64,000 nucleotides of DNA, from assembly GCA_965208125.1 (NCBI GenBank), contig OZ242320.1:5504001-5568000 (forward strand), read 5' to 3'. This stretch comes from Candidatus Latescibacterota bacterium. Lineage in GTDB: Bacteria; Latescibacterota; UBA2968. Positions 1-10,757 of this stretch are shown here, piece by piece. A model generated the notes under the pieces. The model saw only the letters and a program-made list of their open reading frames with translations, was not told the DNA's origin and did not search any database. Position 1 is the stretch's first letter, and every line of letters starts with the position of its first letter. The translations under genes and the position numbers were made by a program.

Positions 1-696
1 GACGCAGGGTTTTGTCGCCCATTTGCCCTGCTTTTGATCTTCCTCCTCGGCGCGAGCCTCGCTCCGGCATTGGGGCATCTACACAACTGGTATTTGTATT
101 TGCCCTCCGCCTTCTTTTGTCTGGGTATCTCGACTATCTGGCTAAATAAAAAACAGACAATTCTCTGCTCTATCTTTGCTGTTCTAATCCTGTATTACGG
201 AGTAATTATCGGGCGCGAAGGCTTTCTCTGGCGCGAAGCTTCGCAAAAGAGCGAAAATGCGATTGCCAAATTAATGCCCCATGCGCGGGCAACCACCGGC
301 ACGTTATTCGTCTGCAACGTACCCTCGGCGTGGACACCTTCCGGTGCGTTCAGTGGCAAACCGCTATTTGCTTATGCACTCAAAAATGCACTCGCCATGC
401 GGTCACCCCAACCATTGCAAGCTGGAATTGTAATGGTAAATCACGTCTGGTTGACTGATGATTTTGCGTGTCGCATTCACAGGACAAATGCGGGTTTTGA
501 TCTGGCAATCGAAAAAGGCGGCTTCTTTTCGTTTCACAACAAGGGACGGGGACAAACACCGCCTTTTGAAATTGCCCAAATGTGGGGACGTGTGGCGGTA
601 CACGCAACCGATTCTCTCTCAGTCGCGCTGAATATGCAACCAGAGGATCGCGTGGTAATTTACAACAAAGGTGAGTTTGAGAAATTGTGGCCGTAA
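1..696 (+). CDS. Hypothetical membrane protein, 5'-truncated by the window edge
   Basis: Open frame with hydrophobic N-terminal segments; stop at 696 just before the next gene. Confidence 0.6.
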   Translation, partial: DAGFCRPFALLLIFLLGASLAPALGHLHNWYLYLPSAFFCLGISTIWLNKKQTILCSIFAVLILYYGVIIGREGFLWREASQKSENAIAKLMPHARATTGTLFVCNVPSAWTPSGAFSGKPLFAYALKNALAMRSPQPLQAGIVMVNHVWLTDDFACRIHRTNAGFDLAIEKGGFFSFHNKGRGQTPPFEIAQMWGRVAVHATDSLSVALNMQPEDRVVIYNKGEFEKLWP

Positions 697-709
697 AAAA
701 GGTGCAATC

Positions 710-3700
710 ATGAAAACTTTCTGGCATAGCATCCCCGCAATCACTTTGCTAATCGCAACCAGCATCGCACACGCGGGAAATGTGCGCGTGGTGGCAACGG
801 GTGAAAACTGGGTAGAAGTTGTGGTGGATGCATCCGATTTCGCCATCACCTCAGAATCTCCTTATGATCGCATAGACGTGCCGGGATGGATGTGGTTGCA
901 CCAGCCGGGGGCACCTGCTGTACCTGTGCGCGGTGCAACACTGGGCATGCCTTATGGCTCTCGTGCGGTCGTTCAAGTGCTTGAGGCAAACTATGAGGAA
1001 ATCGAAGGCCTGGATCTCATGCCCGTGCCACAGATGCAGTTGCTGGGATCTGAACAATATCCGTTTTCGAGATCGATTTATCTGAAGGACGAGACAATTT
1101 ACGACACACCGGGATTTTATCCCGGGGCAGAAGCCGTTGTGGCCCACACAGGCACCTTGCGCGATCAACAAGTCGCGATTCTGTCATTGCGTCCAGTACA
1201 ATACGATCCCGTTCAGCGCAGACTTCGGATTGCGCGACAATTGCGCTTACGCGTGTTATTTGTTGCGGATACAACACGGCCTCCTATTCAGTTCTCGAGA
1301 GAAACAGACGCTTTTGAGTCTGTCTATCAAAAGGGATTACTCAACCCCGAACAGGCGCGCTTTTGGCGCGGGCGGCGCATTCGCGCGACAAAGCGCGTAC
1401 AGGATTGGTACGATCCCACAGCTACGTATTACAAAATCAGAATTTTTGAAGATGGTCTCTACCGATTGGACGCGCGCTGGTTTTCCGAATCAGGCATTGT
1501 ATTATCACCGGGAGATTTGGATCAGTTACAGGTATTTTTAGACGGGGAAGAAATCCCGCTGCTCGTTGAAGATGGTGGAGATGGCGTATTAGATGCTGGT
1601 GATGGGGTGATGTTTTGGGGCGCATATCGGCGCGCGCCAGATCGAGATTTTGAAAGTGATTACGGCAAAGAGCGCGTCTATTTCCTGCGTATTGATCGAG
1701 AATCTGGCTTGCGATATACACGCGCTGAGGACGCATCAACTAACGAGGTTTTGACGCATTTTTTGTCGCGCAAACACGTTGAAATCGATTCGATCTACGA
1801 AGCCCTGGGACATGCGCAAAATGCCAACCGCGATCACTGGTTCTGGCAGCGCACCGCATCCCCGTCGCGCCCGGGCGATATGCCCACAGACGTCGTAATG
1901 CCCGTGCCTTTGCCGGGGCTGGCACGCGAAGCAAGTGGCAACGCACAAATTCGCCTGGGCATGCATTCTTTGACCCTGAACCATAACATAAATCCCGATC
2001 ACTACGCTATCGTACAAATTCAGGATGGTCCTGTCATCGCAGAAGCCCGCTGGGACGGACAGGACGCCTATATCGCGACGGGCATAACACCCGTATCGGC
2101 ATTGTCAGACACAACTTATGTGGTACTGCGAACGCCCGGCGATCCATCATTTCCACTTGAATCGAATCCCTACGTCGATCATGTGTATTTCAACTGGGTG
2201 GAGATTACCTATCCGCGGCGTTTTGAGGCCTTAGATGGTATGCTGCGTTTTAACCCGGGCATTGTGCTTTCGCCCCGCGCAGTCTCCATTGCCAATTTTG
2301 AACACGAGCGGGTTAGAGTTTTGAATTTGGACAAGAATAAAATCGTCGGCACGGTGCGGGGTGACGAGGGGATTAGATTCGAGATAGCTGAAGGCGGCGA
2401 TTTTGTCGCAGTGGATGAAACATCCATAAAAACACCCGAAATCGCAGAACGCGATATCCCTTATGATTTGCGCGGCTTCTCTGGCGCGGATTACGTGATT
2501 ATTGCAGGTGCGGATTTTATGGATGCCGCCGAGCGTTTGGCCGCACATCGGCAGGGGCGGTTATCCACACTGGTGGTCAATGTAGCCGATGTATATGACG
2601 AATTTTCCTTTGGACAAGTCGATGCCGAGGCCATTCGCCGTTTTGTACAATACGGATTTCACACCTGGGAAAAACGTCCAGAGTACGTCTTATTGTTCGG
2701 GGAATTCAGCTTTGATTATCGCAATATATTTGGAGAAAATCGGATCGCGCGTCACAACCTCGTACCGGGCCTGCCCTTTCAATCTCCCAACCGCGGTCTG
2801 GCATTTACCGATGAGTTTTTCGGGCGGGTAGATAATAATTTGTTTATGGATGTACTTGTAGGGCGATTTTCCGTGCGACGCGCGTCGCAGGCCAATACAG
2901 TTGTGCAAAAAGTGATCACTTATGACGAAACACCGCCAGCACAATGGCACAACCGCATCCTGCTAATGGCAAATTGGGACGCACAGGGGGGGACGTACAA
3001 ATTTATCGCGCCGAGTGATACGCTGGCAACAATTACGCACGCTATCGGACTGGAGAATTTCAAAGTGTATCACGATGCAGACACACCGCCCGAACCCAAT
3101 GCCTCATCCCGAGAAGTTATTCGACAGATCAATGAGGGGCGTCTGATTGTAAATTTTATGGGCCATGGCAGTGCTTCATCAATGTCCAAATATTTTGCTG
3201 GAACATTTCAACAAAGGGATTTCAGTTACCTGAGCCAAATTCAAAATGCAGAACGCCTGCCCCTATTTATCGGAATGTCGTGTCTCAATGGACTATACTG
3301 GGACCCACGCATCATTAGTCTCGCCGAAGATATGATCAACAAATCCGATGGCGGTGCAATAGCATACATATCCGCGTCTTCTCTATCATTTATTCGCATT
3401 AACAACCAGCTCAACACAGCACTATTCCGGCACATATTTGAAGATAGCGTGCTGGCTTTCGGGCAGAGTCTCGCACTGGCCAAAAAGGCCGAACTCGAGA
3501 TTCTTCCTTCGAGTGAACTGGGACTGTTGGGGATGAACCTGATCGGCGATCCCGCACAAGAAATCGCGGTGCCGCAAAACCCGGATTTTGTACTTGGCGA
3601 TGCTGCGTTGCAGTTAGACCAGCGAGGTGAACTGACCACAGGAGACTCGGTTCGGGTAACGCTACGCATAGATAATTGGGGCATTTTGCCCGAGCGCAAC

Positions 3701-6388
3701 GTGGATATCATCCTGATTGATCGCAATCTGAGTTCCGCCGTGGTCGATACCCTATTCATGGCGGCTTTACCGCCTTTTGGAATACGCGATAGTGTGACGG
3801 TACTCTGGCGTCTCAACAATCGCGCCGGACGCCATATCTTAGAAGCGATAGCCGACCCAGCCGATGCGATTGTAGAAGGCGATGAAACAAATAATCGAAC
3901 AGAGGTAGAAGTCGATGTCCTGGGTGCGTTATCGGCTGTGCAATTCTTGCCATTGCCGAGTCAAACCGTCGCAAATGCCCAGGTGGTATTGGGTATGCGG
4001 TCTGGGGAAGACCAGTTCCATCTAACAGGAGAATTTGAGCTGACTAGATCTGGCGACTTTCAAGATCCCGCGACAATGCGCTCGGGCAGCGTAGCTGCCG
4101 CCGAAGGCATTATTTTATGGCGCCCAACGGGTTTGCGCGCGGGATCTCATTTTTGGCGTGCCCGATTATCCGATGGACAGACAACAGGCCCCTGGTCCGA
4201 TGTGCGACATTTTGTGGTGACATCCTCTGTACCCGAGCGGCAGGTGGTGTGGCAGCAAGACGGCGCTATTGCACTATCGCGCGGCACAGGCGAAGATGTC
4301 GTGTTATCTGATGACGGTTCCGTGGGACGCACCATGTCTCCACCGCCGATCCGATTCAATGATGCCGAGGCTTCTTTTCTCAGTGAGGGTGTGGCGGGTG
4401 CAGCCGTTTTGTGTACGGACGGAACATACCTGTATGTAAAGCGATTCTATACCCCGACCGACTTCTATCCCGGCAGCGATTTGTTCGCACGCATTGGCAC
4501 GGGATTCAATGGCACGGTAGCAGGTCAAAATTACGGGATCGTGACCGAAACACCTATCCAGGGCATTTCAGCAACATTTCACAGCGATGGGTTTATTTAT
4601 TCCGAACACCGCACAGCGCGCTCTGTGCTGCGTATTTCACCCATCACTGGGCGAATCGATACCGTTGAAGTGCCCGATGGATTACTGGATCGGTTACGGG
4701 GATTGCCCTTTGATGACCATGCTTTAATTACCTCTGATGGTGAGTTTATCCACAACGTGTCTGCAGGTGTCAATGGCATAAAGCGCAGCGGGTGGACCGT
4801 ACGCGTATTTGACCCGGCCAATGCCTGGCGCGTCGTACGGCAATTTACCGTACAGCCAACAGAAACGGGATTTGGATATCTATTTACAGGTGGCGCGATT
4901 GCCGATGGACAGTTTATCTACCTGATCGAATATGGCACGGGATTGACACACCGCGTGCGCGTGGTAGATGCACATACCGGGGCATTTGTGGAAGAATTTG
5001 AAAGCGATCAGGCGCAGACAGATATTTTGGGCGGGCAATTCGATTGGGTGAACAACGCGGTGTGGCTGGGGCAATTGGGCGGGGGCATGGTATATCGATA
5101 TCCGGGGCAGCACTTGCCCGAGTTTGGCACCTTAACATCTGAACCAATTGGACCGGCGAGTGCGTGGCATACAGTAACGACGGCCTTATTGGGCACGGGC
5201 AGAGCCGAAGTAAATTTACTCGGCGAGGTAGATAACAATACGTTTGCTCCATTATCACAATGGCAAAATTTGCCACCGGGAATAATTGATTTGCGCAGTA
5301 CAGGTTTATCCATTCCGCGACTAAAAATTCAGATCAAATTGTACGGAGAAGGATTAAATCCATCTCCCGGCCTGCAAACCTGGACCACGACATATCAGCC
5401 ACTTTCAGATATTGGCCTGAGCAACTTGCGGGCAGAACCTTTTGAAATAACGGAATTGCAACCCGTGTACCTCCATCTCGATGTGCAAAACCGCGGTCCA
5501 TTGGACCTGGCTCTGGGCGCATCTATTGCTTTTTATAGTGGCTCTCCCGCGCTGGGGCGTCTGATAGGGCGCGTGGCTGTGCCCGAAAATAGCCCGCTCG
5601 GACAAATCGTTCCCCTGCGCCTGGTGTGGCAAACCGCACAGTGGGCCGGGCAACACATGATAACGGCTCGTTTGGAAAATTTTCAGGGAGAGTCGATTTT
5701 TCCTGGCCGTGAGATAGCGCTTACAGAGCCAGTGCAGATTGCACCGAGTTCTGACCGCGATGTGCCGACAATTGAAATCGCGGCACTGGATGCCCTCGGC
5801 GAAGTGCGACCAGAAGATTATTTGCCCTCCCAACCGACATTTCGAATTTCCATGCGCGATACAGCGGGTATTGATTTGTCCAGCATTCGCCTGTCGCTTT
5901 CGGGAACAGACGAGGAACAAGAGAGTCATTACGAGTCAGAAAAAATAAAAAACCGCGCTGTTACCCCCATGACACTGTCATTTGTCTATACCCCAAACGC
6001 CCTTGCCGATGGTCGTTATACGCTCAATGTCGAGGCATCTGACAGGCTGGGAAATGGTCCTGCAAAAATTGCAATATCGTTCCAGGTCTCTTCAATATTG
6101 GCGATAGAGAACGCACTGGTCGCGCCCAATCCCGTATCCGACACAGGACATTTTACATTCATCTTATCGCGCCCTTCAGAAGTCACCGTGCGGATTTACA
6201 CCCTTGCCGGACGGCTCGTTCAGAGAATTGAAGAGCCATTTGCACGCGCGGGATACAACCAGATTTTTTGGGATGGGCGAGACGCCGACGGTCATGTGCT
6301 GAGCAACAATACGTATCTGTACACCTTGACCGCAGACAATGGCGAATCGCAGGCGCGGGTTAAAGATAAGTTAATTGTGTATCGATAA
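710..6388 (+). CDS. Large secreted C25-family (gingipain/PorU-like) cysteine peptidase with propeptide, CARDB/Ig-like domains and a FlgD/T9SS-like C-terminal domain
   Basis: Signal peptide from ATG 710; propeptide-like PGAPAVPV; C25 motifs ADYVII, VYDEFSFG, VNFMGHGS (His) and GMSCLNG (Cys); CARDB-like EGDETNN; C-terminal APNP...VRIYTLAGRLV...WDGRD. Confidence 0.85.
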   Translation: MKTFWHSIPAITLLIATSIAHAGNVRVVATGENWVEVVVDASDFAITSESPYDRIDVPGWMWLHQPGAPAVPVRGATLGMPYGSRAVVQVLEANYEEIEGLDLMPVPQMQLLGSEQYPFSRSIYLKDETIYDTPGFYPGAEAVVAHTGTLRDQQVAILSLRPVQYDPVQRRLRIARQLRLRVLFVADTTRPPIQFSRETDAFESVYQKGLLNPEQARFWRGRRIRATKRVQDWYDPTATYYKIRIFEDGLYRLDARWFSESGIVLSPGDLDQLQVFLDGEEIPLLVEDGGDGVLDAGDGVMFWGAYRRAPDRDFESDYGKERVYFLRIDRESGLRYTRAEDASTNEVLTHFLSRKHVEIDSIYEALGHAQNANRDHWFWQRTASPSRPGDMPTDVVMPVPLPGLAREASGNAQIRLGMHSLTLNHNINPDHYAIVQIQDGPVIAEARWDGQDAYIATGITPVSALSDTTYVVLRTPGDPSFPLESNPYVDHVYFNWVEITYPRRFEALDGMLRFNPGIVLSPRAVSIANFEHERVRVLNLDKNKIVGTVRGDEGIRFEIAEGGDFVAVDETSIKTPEIAERDIPYDLRGFSGADYVIIAGADFMDAAERLAAHRQGRLSTLVVNVADVYDEFSFGQVDAEAIRRFVQYGFHTWEKRPEYVLLFGEFSFDYRNIFGENRIARHNLVPGLPFQSPNRGLAFTDEFFGRVDNNLFMDVLVGRFSVRRASQANTVVQKVITYDETPPAQWHNRILLMANWDAQGGTYKFIAPSDTLATITHAIGLENFKVYHDADTPPEPNASSREVIRQINEGRLIVNFMGHGSASSMSKYFAGTFQQRDFSYLSQIQNAERLPLFIGMSCLNGLYWDPRIISLAEDMINKSDGGAIAYISASSLSFIRINNQLNTALFRHIFEDSVLAFGQSLALAKKAELEILPSSELGLLGMNLIGDPAQEIAVPQNPDFVLGDAALQLDQRGELTTGDSVRVTLRIDNWGILPERNVDIILIDRNLSSAVVDTLFMAALPPFGIRDSVTVLWRLNNRAGRHILEAIADPADAIVEGDETNNRTEVEVDVLGALSAVQFLPLPSQTVANAQVVLGMRSGEDQFHLTGEFELTRSGDFQDPATMRSGSVAAAEGIILWRPTGLRAGSHFWRARLSDGQTTGPWSDVRHFVVTSSVPERQVVWQQDGAIALSRGTGEDVVLSDDGSVGRTMSPPPIRFNDAEASFLSEGVAGAAVLCTDGTYLYVKRFYTPTDFYPGSDLFARIGTGFNGTVAGQNYGIVTETPIQGISATFHSDGFIYSEHRTARSVLRISPITGRIDTVEVPDGLLDRLRGLPFDDHALITSDGEFIHNVSAGVNGIKRSGWTVRVFDPANAWRVVRQFTVQPTETGFGYLFTGGAIADGQFIYLIEYGTGLTHRVRVVDAHTGAFVEEFESDQAQTDILGGQFDWVNNAVWLGQLGGGMVYRYPGQHLPEFGTLTSEPIGPASAWHTVTTALLGTGRAEVNLLGEVDNNTFAPLSQWQNLPPGIIDLRSTGLSIPRLKIQIKLYGEGLNPSPGLQTWTTTYQPLSDIGLSNLRAEPFEITELQPVYLHLDVQNRGPLDLALGASIAFYSGSPALGRLIGRVAVPENSPLGQIVPLRLVWQTAQWAGQHMITARLENFQGESIFPGREIALTEPVQIAPSSDRDVPTIEIAALDALGEVRPEDYLPSQPTFRISMRDTAGIDLSSIRLSLSGTDEEQESHYESEKIKNRAVTPMTLSFVYTPNALADGRYTLNVEASDRLGNGPAKIAISFQVSSILAIENALVAPNPVSDTGHFTFILSRPSEVTVRIYTLAGRLVQRIEEPFARAGYNQIFWDGRDADGHVLSNNTYLYTLTADNGESQARVKDKLIVYR

Positions 6389-6400
6389 AGTGAAAGAATC

Positions 6401-7885
6401 ATGAAAGTACTCGTCATAGGTCTGGATTGTGCGGCACCCGAACTGATCTTTCAGCGATTTCGAGATGACATGCCCACCATCGACAACCTGATCCAGACCG
6501 GGATTTACGGCAACCTAAAAAGTACTATCCCGCCCATTACCATTCCCGCCTGGATGAGCATGGTAACGGGCAAAGACCCCGGCACGCTGGGATTTTACGG
6601 GCTTCGCAACCGCGCCGATTACTCCTACAACCGTCTGTCTATTGCCAATTCATCTCTCGTACACGACGACACGGTTTGGGACATCATCTCTGCTGCAGGC
6701 AAAAAAGTAATCCTCGTTGGCGTACCCCAAACCTATCCTCCCCAGCCAGTCAACGGCTGTCTGATCGCCTCTTTTCTCACGCCGAGCAACGACAGTCCCT
6801 ATACCTATCCCGACAGTCTAAAAGCCGAAATCGAGCGCGTATCCGATGGCTATATCATCGATGTACGCGATTTTCGCACAGATGACAAAGCGCGCTTGCT
6901 CAGCGAAATTTACACCATGACCGAAAAGCGATTTCGCGTGACCCGGCATCTCCTGCAAACCCGCGAGTGGGATTTTTGCATGCATGTGGAAATGGGCACA
7001 GATCGCATCCACCACGGATTCTGGCGATTTCTGGATCAAACCCACCGAAGACACGATCCCAATTCCGAATTTGTAAACGCCATCCGCGACTATTACCGCT
7101 ATCTCGATAGTGAAATCGCATCCCTGATTGATCTGGCTGGTACAGATACCGCTATCCTCCTCGTCTCAGACCATGGCGCCAAACGCATTGATGGCGGTAT
7201 ATGCATCAACGAATGGTTGATCCGCGAAGGGTATTTGACACTAAAAAAATATCCCCAGAAGCTCACGGCTTATGAGGATCTCGAAATCGACTGGGCAAAA
7301 ACCACAGCCTGGGGTGCAGGTGGCTATTACGCGCGCATCTTTCTCAACATTGCCGGACGAGAACAAAAAGGCATTGTGCCCCCCGAACAATACAATTTCT
7401 TACGTGACGAACTCTCAAAAAAAATTGCGGACATTCCCGACGACAGGGGCAATCCCCTGCCGACGCAGGTCTTCAAACCAGAAGATATTTACAACACCAT
7501 TAAAAATATCCCACCCGACCTGATCGTCTATTTCGGGGACCTGCACTGGCGTTCTGTTGGCACAATAGGCCATCGCGCCATCCACACCCTCGAAAACGAC
7601 ACCGGGCCAGACGATGCCAACCACGCCCAACACGGCATCTTTATCCTCAAAGACGGTACGCACACAGGCGAAAAATACAATCTGGAAATACGCGACATCG
7701 CACCGACCATACTCGGCCTCATGGACATCCCCATCCCCACCGACATGCAAAGCCAGGCAATAGTCAACGCGCCCTCAACGCCTGCACCATCAGATGCACA
7801 ACCTTCACACACGGACGACGCAGTCTATACAGAAGACGAAAAAAAAGCACTCGAAGATCGGCTCAGAGCACTGGGATATATGTAA
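6401..7885 (+). CDS. Alkaline phosphatase superfamily, type I phosphodiesterase/nucleotide pyrophosphatase
   Basis: Motifs IGLDCA, STIPPITIPAWMS, DRIHH, VSDHG; typical C-terminal EDRLRALGY. Confidence 0.85.
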   Translation: MKVLVIGLDCAAPELIFQRFRDDMPTIDNLIQTGIYGNLKSTIPPITIPAWMSMVTGKDPGTLGFYGLRNRADYSYNRLSIANSSLVHDDTVWDIISAAGKKVILVGVPQTYPPQPVNGCLIASFLTPSNDSPYTYPDSLKAEIERVSDGYIIDVRDFRTDDKARLLSEIYTMTEKRFRVTRHLLQTREWDFCMHVEMGTDRIHHGFWRFLDQTHRRHDPNSEFVNAIRDYYRYLDSEIASLIDLAGTDTAILLVSDHGAKRIDGGICINEWLIREGYLTLKKYPQKLTAYEDLEIDWAKTTAWGAGGYYARIFLNIAGREQKGIVPPEQYNFLRDELSKKIADIPDDRGNPLPTQVFKPEDIYNTIKNIPPDLIVYFGDLHWRSVGTIGHRAIHTLENDTGPDDANHAQHGIFILKDGTHTGEKYNLEIRDIAPTILGLMDIPIPTDMQSQAIVNAPSTPAPSDAQPSHTDDAVYTEDEKKALEDRLRALGYM

Positions 7886-7893
7886 TTAACCAC

Positions 7894-7924
7894 TGTAGGT
7901 GCGGGTTTAAAACCCGCACCTACA
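7894..7924. repeat. GTAG-type REP-like palindrome or terminator between convergent genes
   Basis: TGTAGGTGCGGG-TTTAAAA-CCCGCACCTACA; perfect 12-bp arms; overlaps the PfkB stop codon. Confidence 0.65.
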
Positions 7925-8807
7925 AAAAAACCCGAAAACGCGCGGGCAACGGCGACATTCCACCGTCCTGTGTCGTAACAAAACCGCCAACGGCATTGGC
8001 CTGTTCGGCGCATATCTGCATCGGTGTGCCAGCGAGTAAATGCACGACAAATGCCGCCGTAAAAGCATCGCCAGCACCCACCGTATTCACGACCTGTTGT
8101 CTTTTCCCCACCGCCTGATAAATCCCGCCTTCACTCACAACTCGACATCCCTTTTCTCCCAGCGTCAAAATCACACATTGCAGGTCAAAACGCGCGAGAA
8201 TATCTGTTAAAAAAGCATCCACATCTTCTTCCCCACCCAAATAATCGCGCAGCAGAACCACTTCCTCGTCATTTAACTTCAACACATCAGCGCGTGCTAT
8301 AGACTCTCGCACAATCTCATCAGTGTGATAGTGCTGGCGAAAATTGATATCGAGCACGCGCAGACAATCCGGCGACGACGCATCTAAAAAATTTGTAATT
8401 GCCCGACGGTTCTGCGCCTCGCGTTGCTCCAGTGTACCAAAACACAAGGCGTGAGCAGATTGCGCTATCGGTGCCAATTTTGAGCACCATGTAATCGCAT
8501 CCCACGCCACGCCTTCGACTATTTCATAAGCTGGTTGCCCATCTACGAAGGTCACATCTACAGTACCCGTTGGTCGATGGGCATGCACTTGCATGGCATC
8601 TGTAGCCACGCCTCTTCCGCTTAAAATCTCAAGTGCTGCCTTGCCCCGCGCATCGTCTCCCACACAACTCACCAGGGCAGAACGCGCGCCTAATGCAGCC
8701 GCATGCACGGCAAAATTTGCCGGCGCGCCTCCCAACCGCTCGCCATCGGGAAACACATCCCACAACACGGCGCCGATAGCGACCACGCAAGGCGGATCAC
8801 GGCGCAT
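7920..8807 (-). CDS. PfkB-family carbohydrate kinase (fructokinase-like)
   Basis: GGAPANFA, DINFR, KLNDEE, NTVGAGDAF. Confidence 0.9.
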   Translation of the reverse strand: MRRDPPCVVAIGAVLWDVFPDGERLGGAPANFAVHAAALGARSALVSCVGDDARGKAALEILSGRGVATDAMQVHAHRPTGTVDVTFVDGQPAYEIVEGVAWDAITWCSKLAPIAQSAHALCFGTLEQREAQNRRAITNFLDASSPDCLRVLDINFRQHYHTDEIVRESIARADVLKLNDEEVVLLRDYLGGEEDVDAFLTDILARFDLQCVILTLGEKGCRVVSEGGIYQAVGKRQQVVNTVGAGDAFTAAFVVHLLAGTPMQICAEQANAVGGFVTTQDGGMSPLPARFRVFL

Positions 8808-9790
8808 TACCGCGACACCTTTACAGCCTTCTTTGCAGAAGCCGAACGATAAGCGGCCTCGGACAAGCGGGCGACCTGCAAAGCGAAATCCGGCGGCGAA
8901 TATCCCGCGCCATCGTTGCGGATCAGATCAAAAAATGCCTGATCGGGCGTCGTCTCCTGAATATGCGATGGAATTTCAATTGGTTTGTCATTCAGCAGAA
9001 CCGACTGCACCTGCCATCGGTGTAAATGGAACACCAGACAGCCCTTGCTTCCGTGAATGGCGATCCGCTCATCGTGATGCGCCGCATTGCCAAAGGTATT
9101 CAGCGTACCCGCCCCACCACCTTTGAAACGCACATTAACCACCATATTGGTATCCACAGCTTTTCCCGCATTCTCCGCAAAAGCCGAGACCTCCACAGGC
9201 TCCAATCCCGTAATCCACAACACTGAAGCGACGAGATGGCTACCCGTATCCATAAACATACCGCCCCCCGACAGTTCGGGATCCAAACGCCAACCGCGAA
9301 TACTTCCCCAATTTTGCGTCACATACGCCACCACGCCGCGCAACTCTCCCAGTTCACCCTGCCGAATCAATTCACGCGCATAAACGTGGGGAGCCATATA
9401 ATTGCGCTGGTAGGCCACCACCAGATACAATTTCAATTTATCCGATAAATTGATCAGCGACTTGGTCTGCCGAGACGCAACAGTGAGGGGCTTCTCAACC
9501 AGAACGTGCAACCCCTTTTGCAAAGACAAGCGGGCGTGTTCATAATGCAGCGCGTGGGGCGAACTGATCAGCATGGCATCGAGCGCTTCATTCCGCACGA
9601 GTTGGCGATAATCTTCATAAAACGACATCTCACTGCCCCACGCCTCCATCAATGCTTCCGCCTGGCTCTCGTCTGGATCGGCCACGCCGATAATCTCCAC
9701 GCCACCATCTGCTTTCAAACGAGGCAAATGTGCTCGTTGCATGTTGCCGCCACATCCGATTAAACCGAGCCGAATTTTTTCTTTAGACAT
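8807..9790 (-). CDS. Gfo/Idh/MocA family oxidoreductase
   Basis: GLIGCG Rossmann start, HVLVEKP, GGGMFMDTGSH. Confidence 0.9.
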   Translation of the reverse strand: MSKEKIRLGLIGCGGNMQRAHLPRLKADGGVEIIGVADPDESQAEALMEAWGSEMSFYEDYRQLVRNEALDAMLISSPHALHYEHARLSLQKGLHVLVEKPLTVASRQTKSLINLSDKLKLYLVVAYQRNYMAPHVYARELIRQGELGELRGVVAYVTQNWGSIRGWRLDPELSGGGMFMDTGSHLVASVLWITGLEPVEVSAFAENAGKAVDTNMVVNVRFKGGGAGTLNTFGNAAHHDERIAIHGSKGCLVFHLHRWQVQSVLLNDKPIEIPSHIQETTPDQAFFDLIRNDGAGYSPPDFALQVARLSEAAYRSASAKKAVKVSR

Positions 9791-9830
9791 CGCGCAGAAC
9801 CTCCCGGTTTATAGTAAATAATATTTTTTA

Positions 9831-10637
9831 TTAAGCCGCCGATTCAGCTACCATCGTCACTTCTTTCCGGCCTTCTAATCCTGAAATCACCGGAAATGTA
9901 CGCGATGAATCCTTTCCCCGCGCCATATAACGCACAGTAGGTGGAAAATAGGCGTAGAGTGCCGTATGTCTCGGTCGCGGGGAATGATTGGGGCCAGAAC
10001 CGTGGACACACAAACTGTGAAACAGGAGGGCTGTCCCCGCATTGAGCGGCACCTCAATGGCCTGTGAAGTATCCAAATTTTTTCGATCTGTCAACTTTGC
10101 ATCTTGAGGCCGCGCAATATCGCCCCATTTCTGCATGCCCCACTTGTGACTCTCGGGAATCACCCGAATGCACCCATTCTCTGAACTGGCATCTGTCAAT
10201 GCAATGCTCACCGTGACAAGTGCGGGCGGCTCCATTGGCCAATACGCCGAATCCTGATGAAAACCATGCGAGGACCCGTGAAACGCGGGCTTGAGCATAA
10301 GCGTACTGCGAAACAACAACAAATCGGGTCCAATCAGATTCTGAACCACCGGCACGAGTTTGGAATGTGCAGCCAAATTCTTGAACACATGGGAAAAATC
10401 GCGCGTCTGCTCGATTTTTCGCAACACGGGCAAGCCATCTTGCTCTTTGCCCCTTGCATAAGGCTCGCGCTGAAAACTGCCCGAGCGCTTATCGCCATCA
10501 GTTGCCAAATCTGCTGCCATTACATGCAATTTGTGAATCTCTTCTTCACACTCAGCCAACTCAGGGGAAGACACCACATCTTCAACTACGAGATAGCCCT
10601 GGTCGTAAAAAAATGCTTTCTGTTCTTCAGGCGTCAT
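9831..10637 (-). CDS. Phytanoyl-CoA dioxygenase (PhyH) family 2OG-Fe(II) dioxygenase
   Basis: HQDSAYW, ENGCIRVIPESH, HGSGPN...PR. Confidence 0.9.
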   Translation of the reverse strand: MTPEEQKAFFYDQGYLVVEDVVSSPELAECEEEIHKLHVMAADLATDGDKRSGSFQREPYARGKEQDGLPVLRKIEQTRDFSHVFKNLAAHSKLVPVVQNLIGPDLLLFRSTLMLKPAFHGSSHGFHQDSAYWPMEPPALVTVSIALTDASSENGCIRVIPESHKWGMQKWGDIARPQDAKLTDRKNLDTSQAIEVPLNAGTALLFHSLCVHGSGPNHSPRPRHTALYAYFPPTVRYMARGKDSSRTFPVISGLEGRKEVTMVAESAA

Positions 10638-10668
10638 CTTTATGTCTCCTCAAAAATTGATGAGATAA

Positions 10669-10696
10669 ATCATAATACTATAAATACTTGTGTCAA
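10669..10696 (-). promoter_or_regulatory. Sigma70-like promoter of the PhyH-MocA-PfkB operon
   Basis: Minus strand TTGACA-N16-TATGAT about 30 nt upstream of ATG 10637. Confidence 0.5.
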
Positions 10697-10702
10697 GCAA
10701 AG

Positions 10703-10733
10703 AAAAAGGGCGTCAGTCTGTAACCGACGCCCT
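10703..10733 (-). terminator. Intrinsic terminator after the DUF4249-like gene
   Basis: AGGGCGTC...GACGCCCT hairpin followed by a T-run on the minus strand. Confidence 0.6.
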
Positions 10734-10757
10734 AAAGGTATATTTGTGTAATAATTT

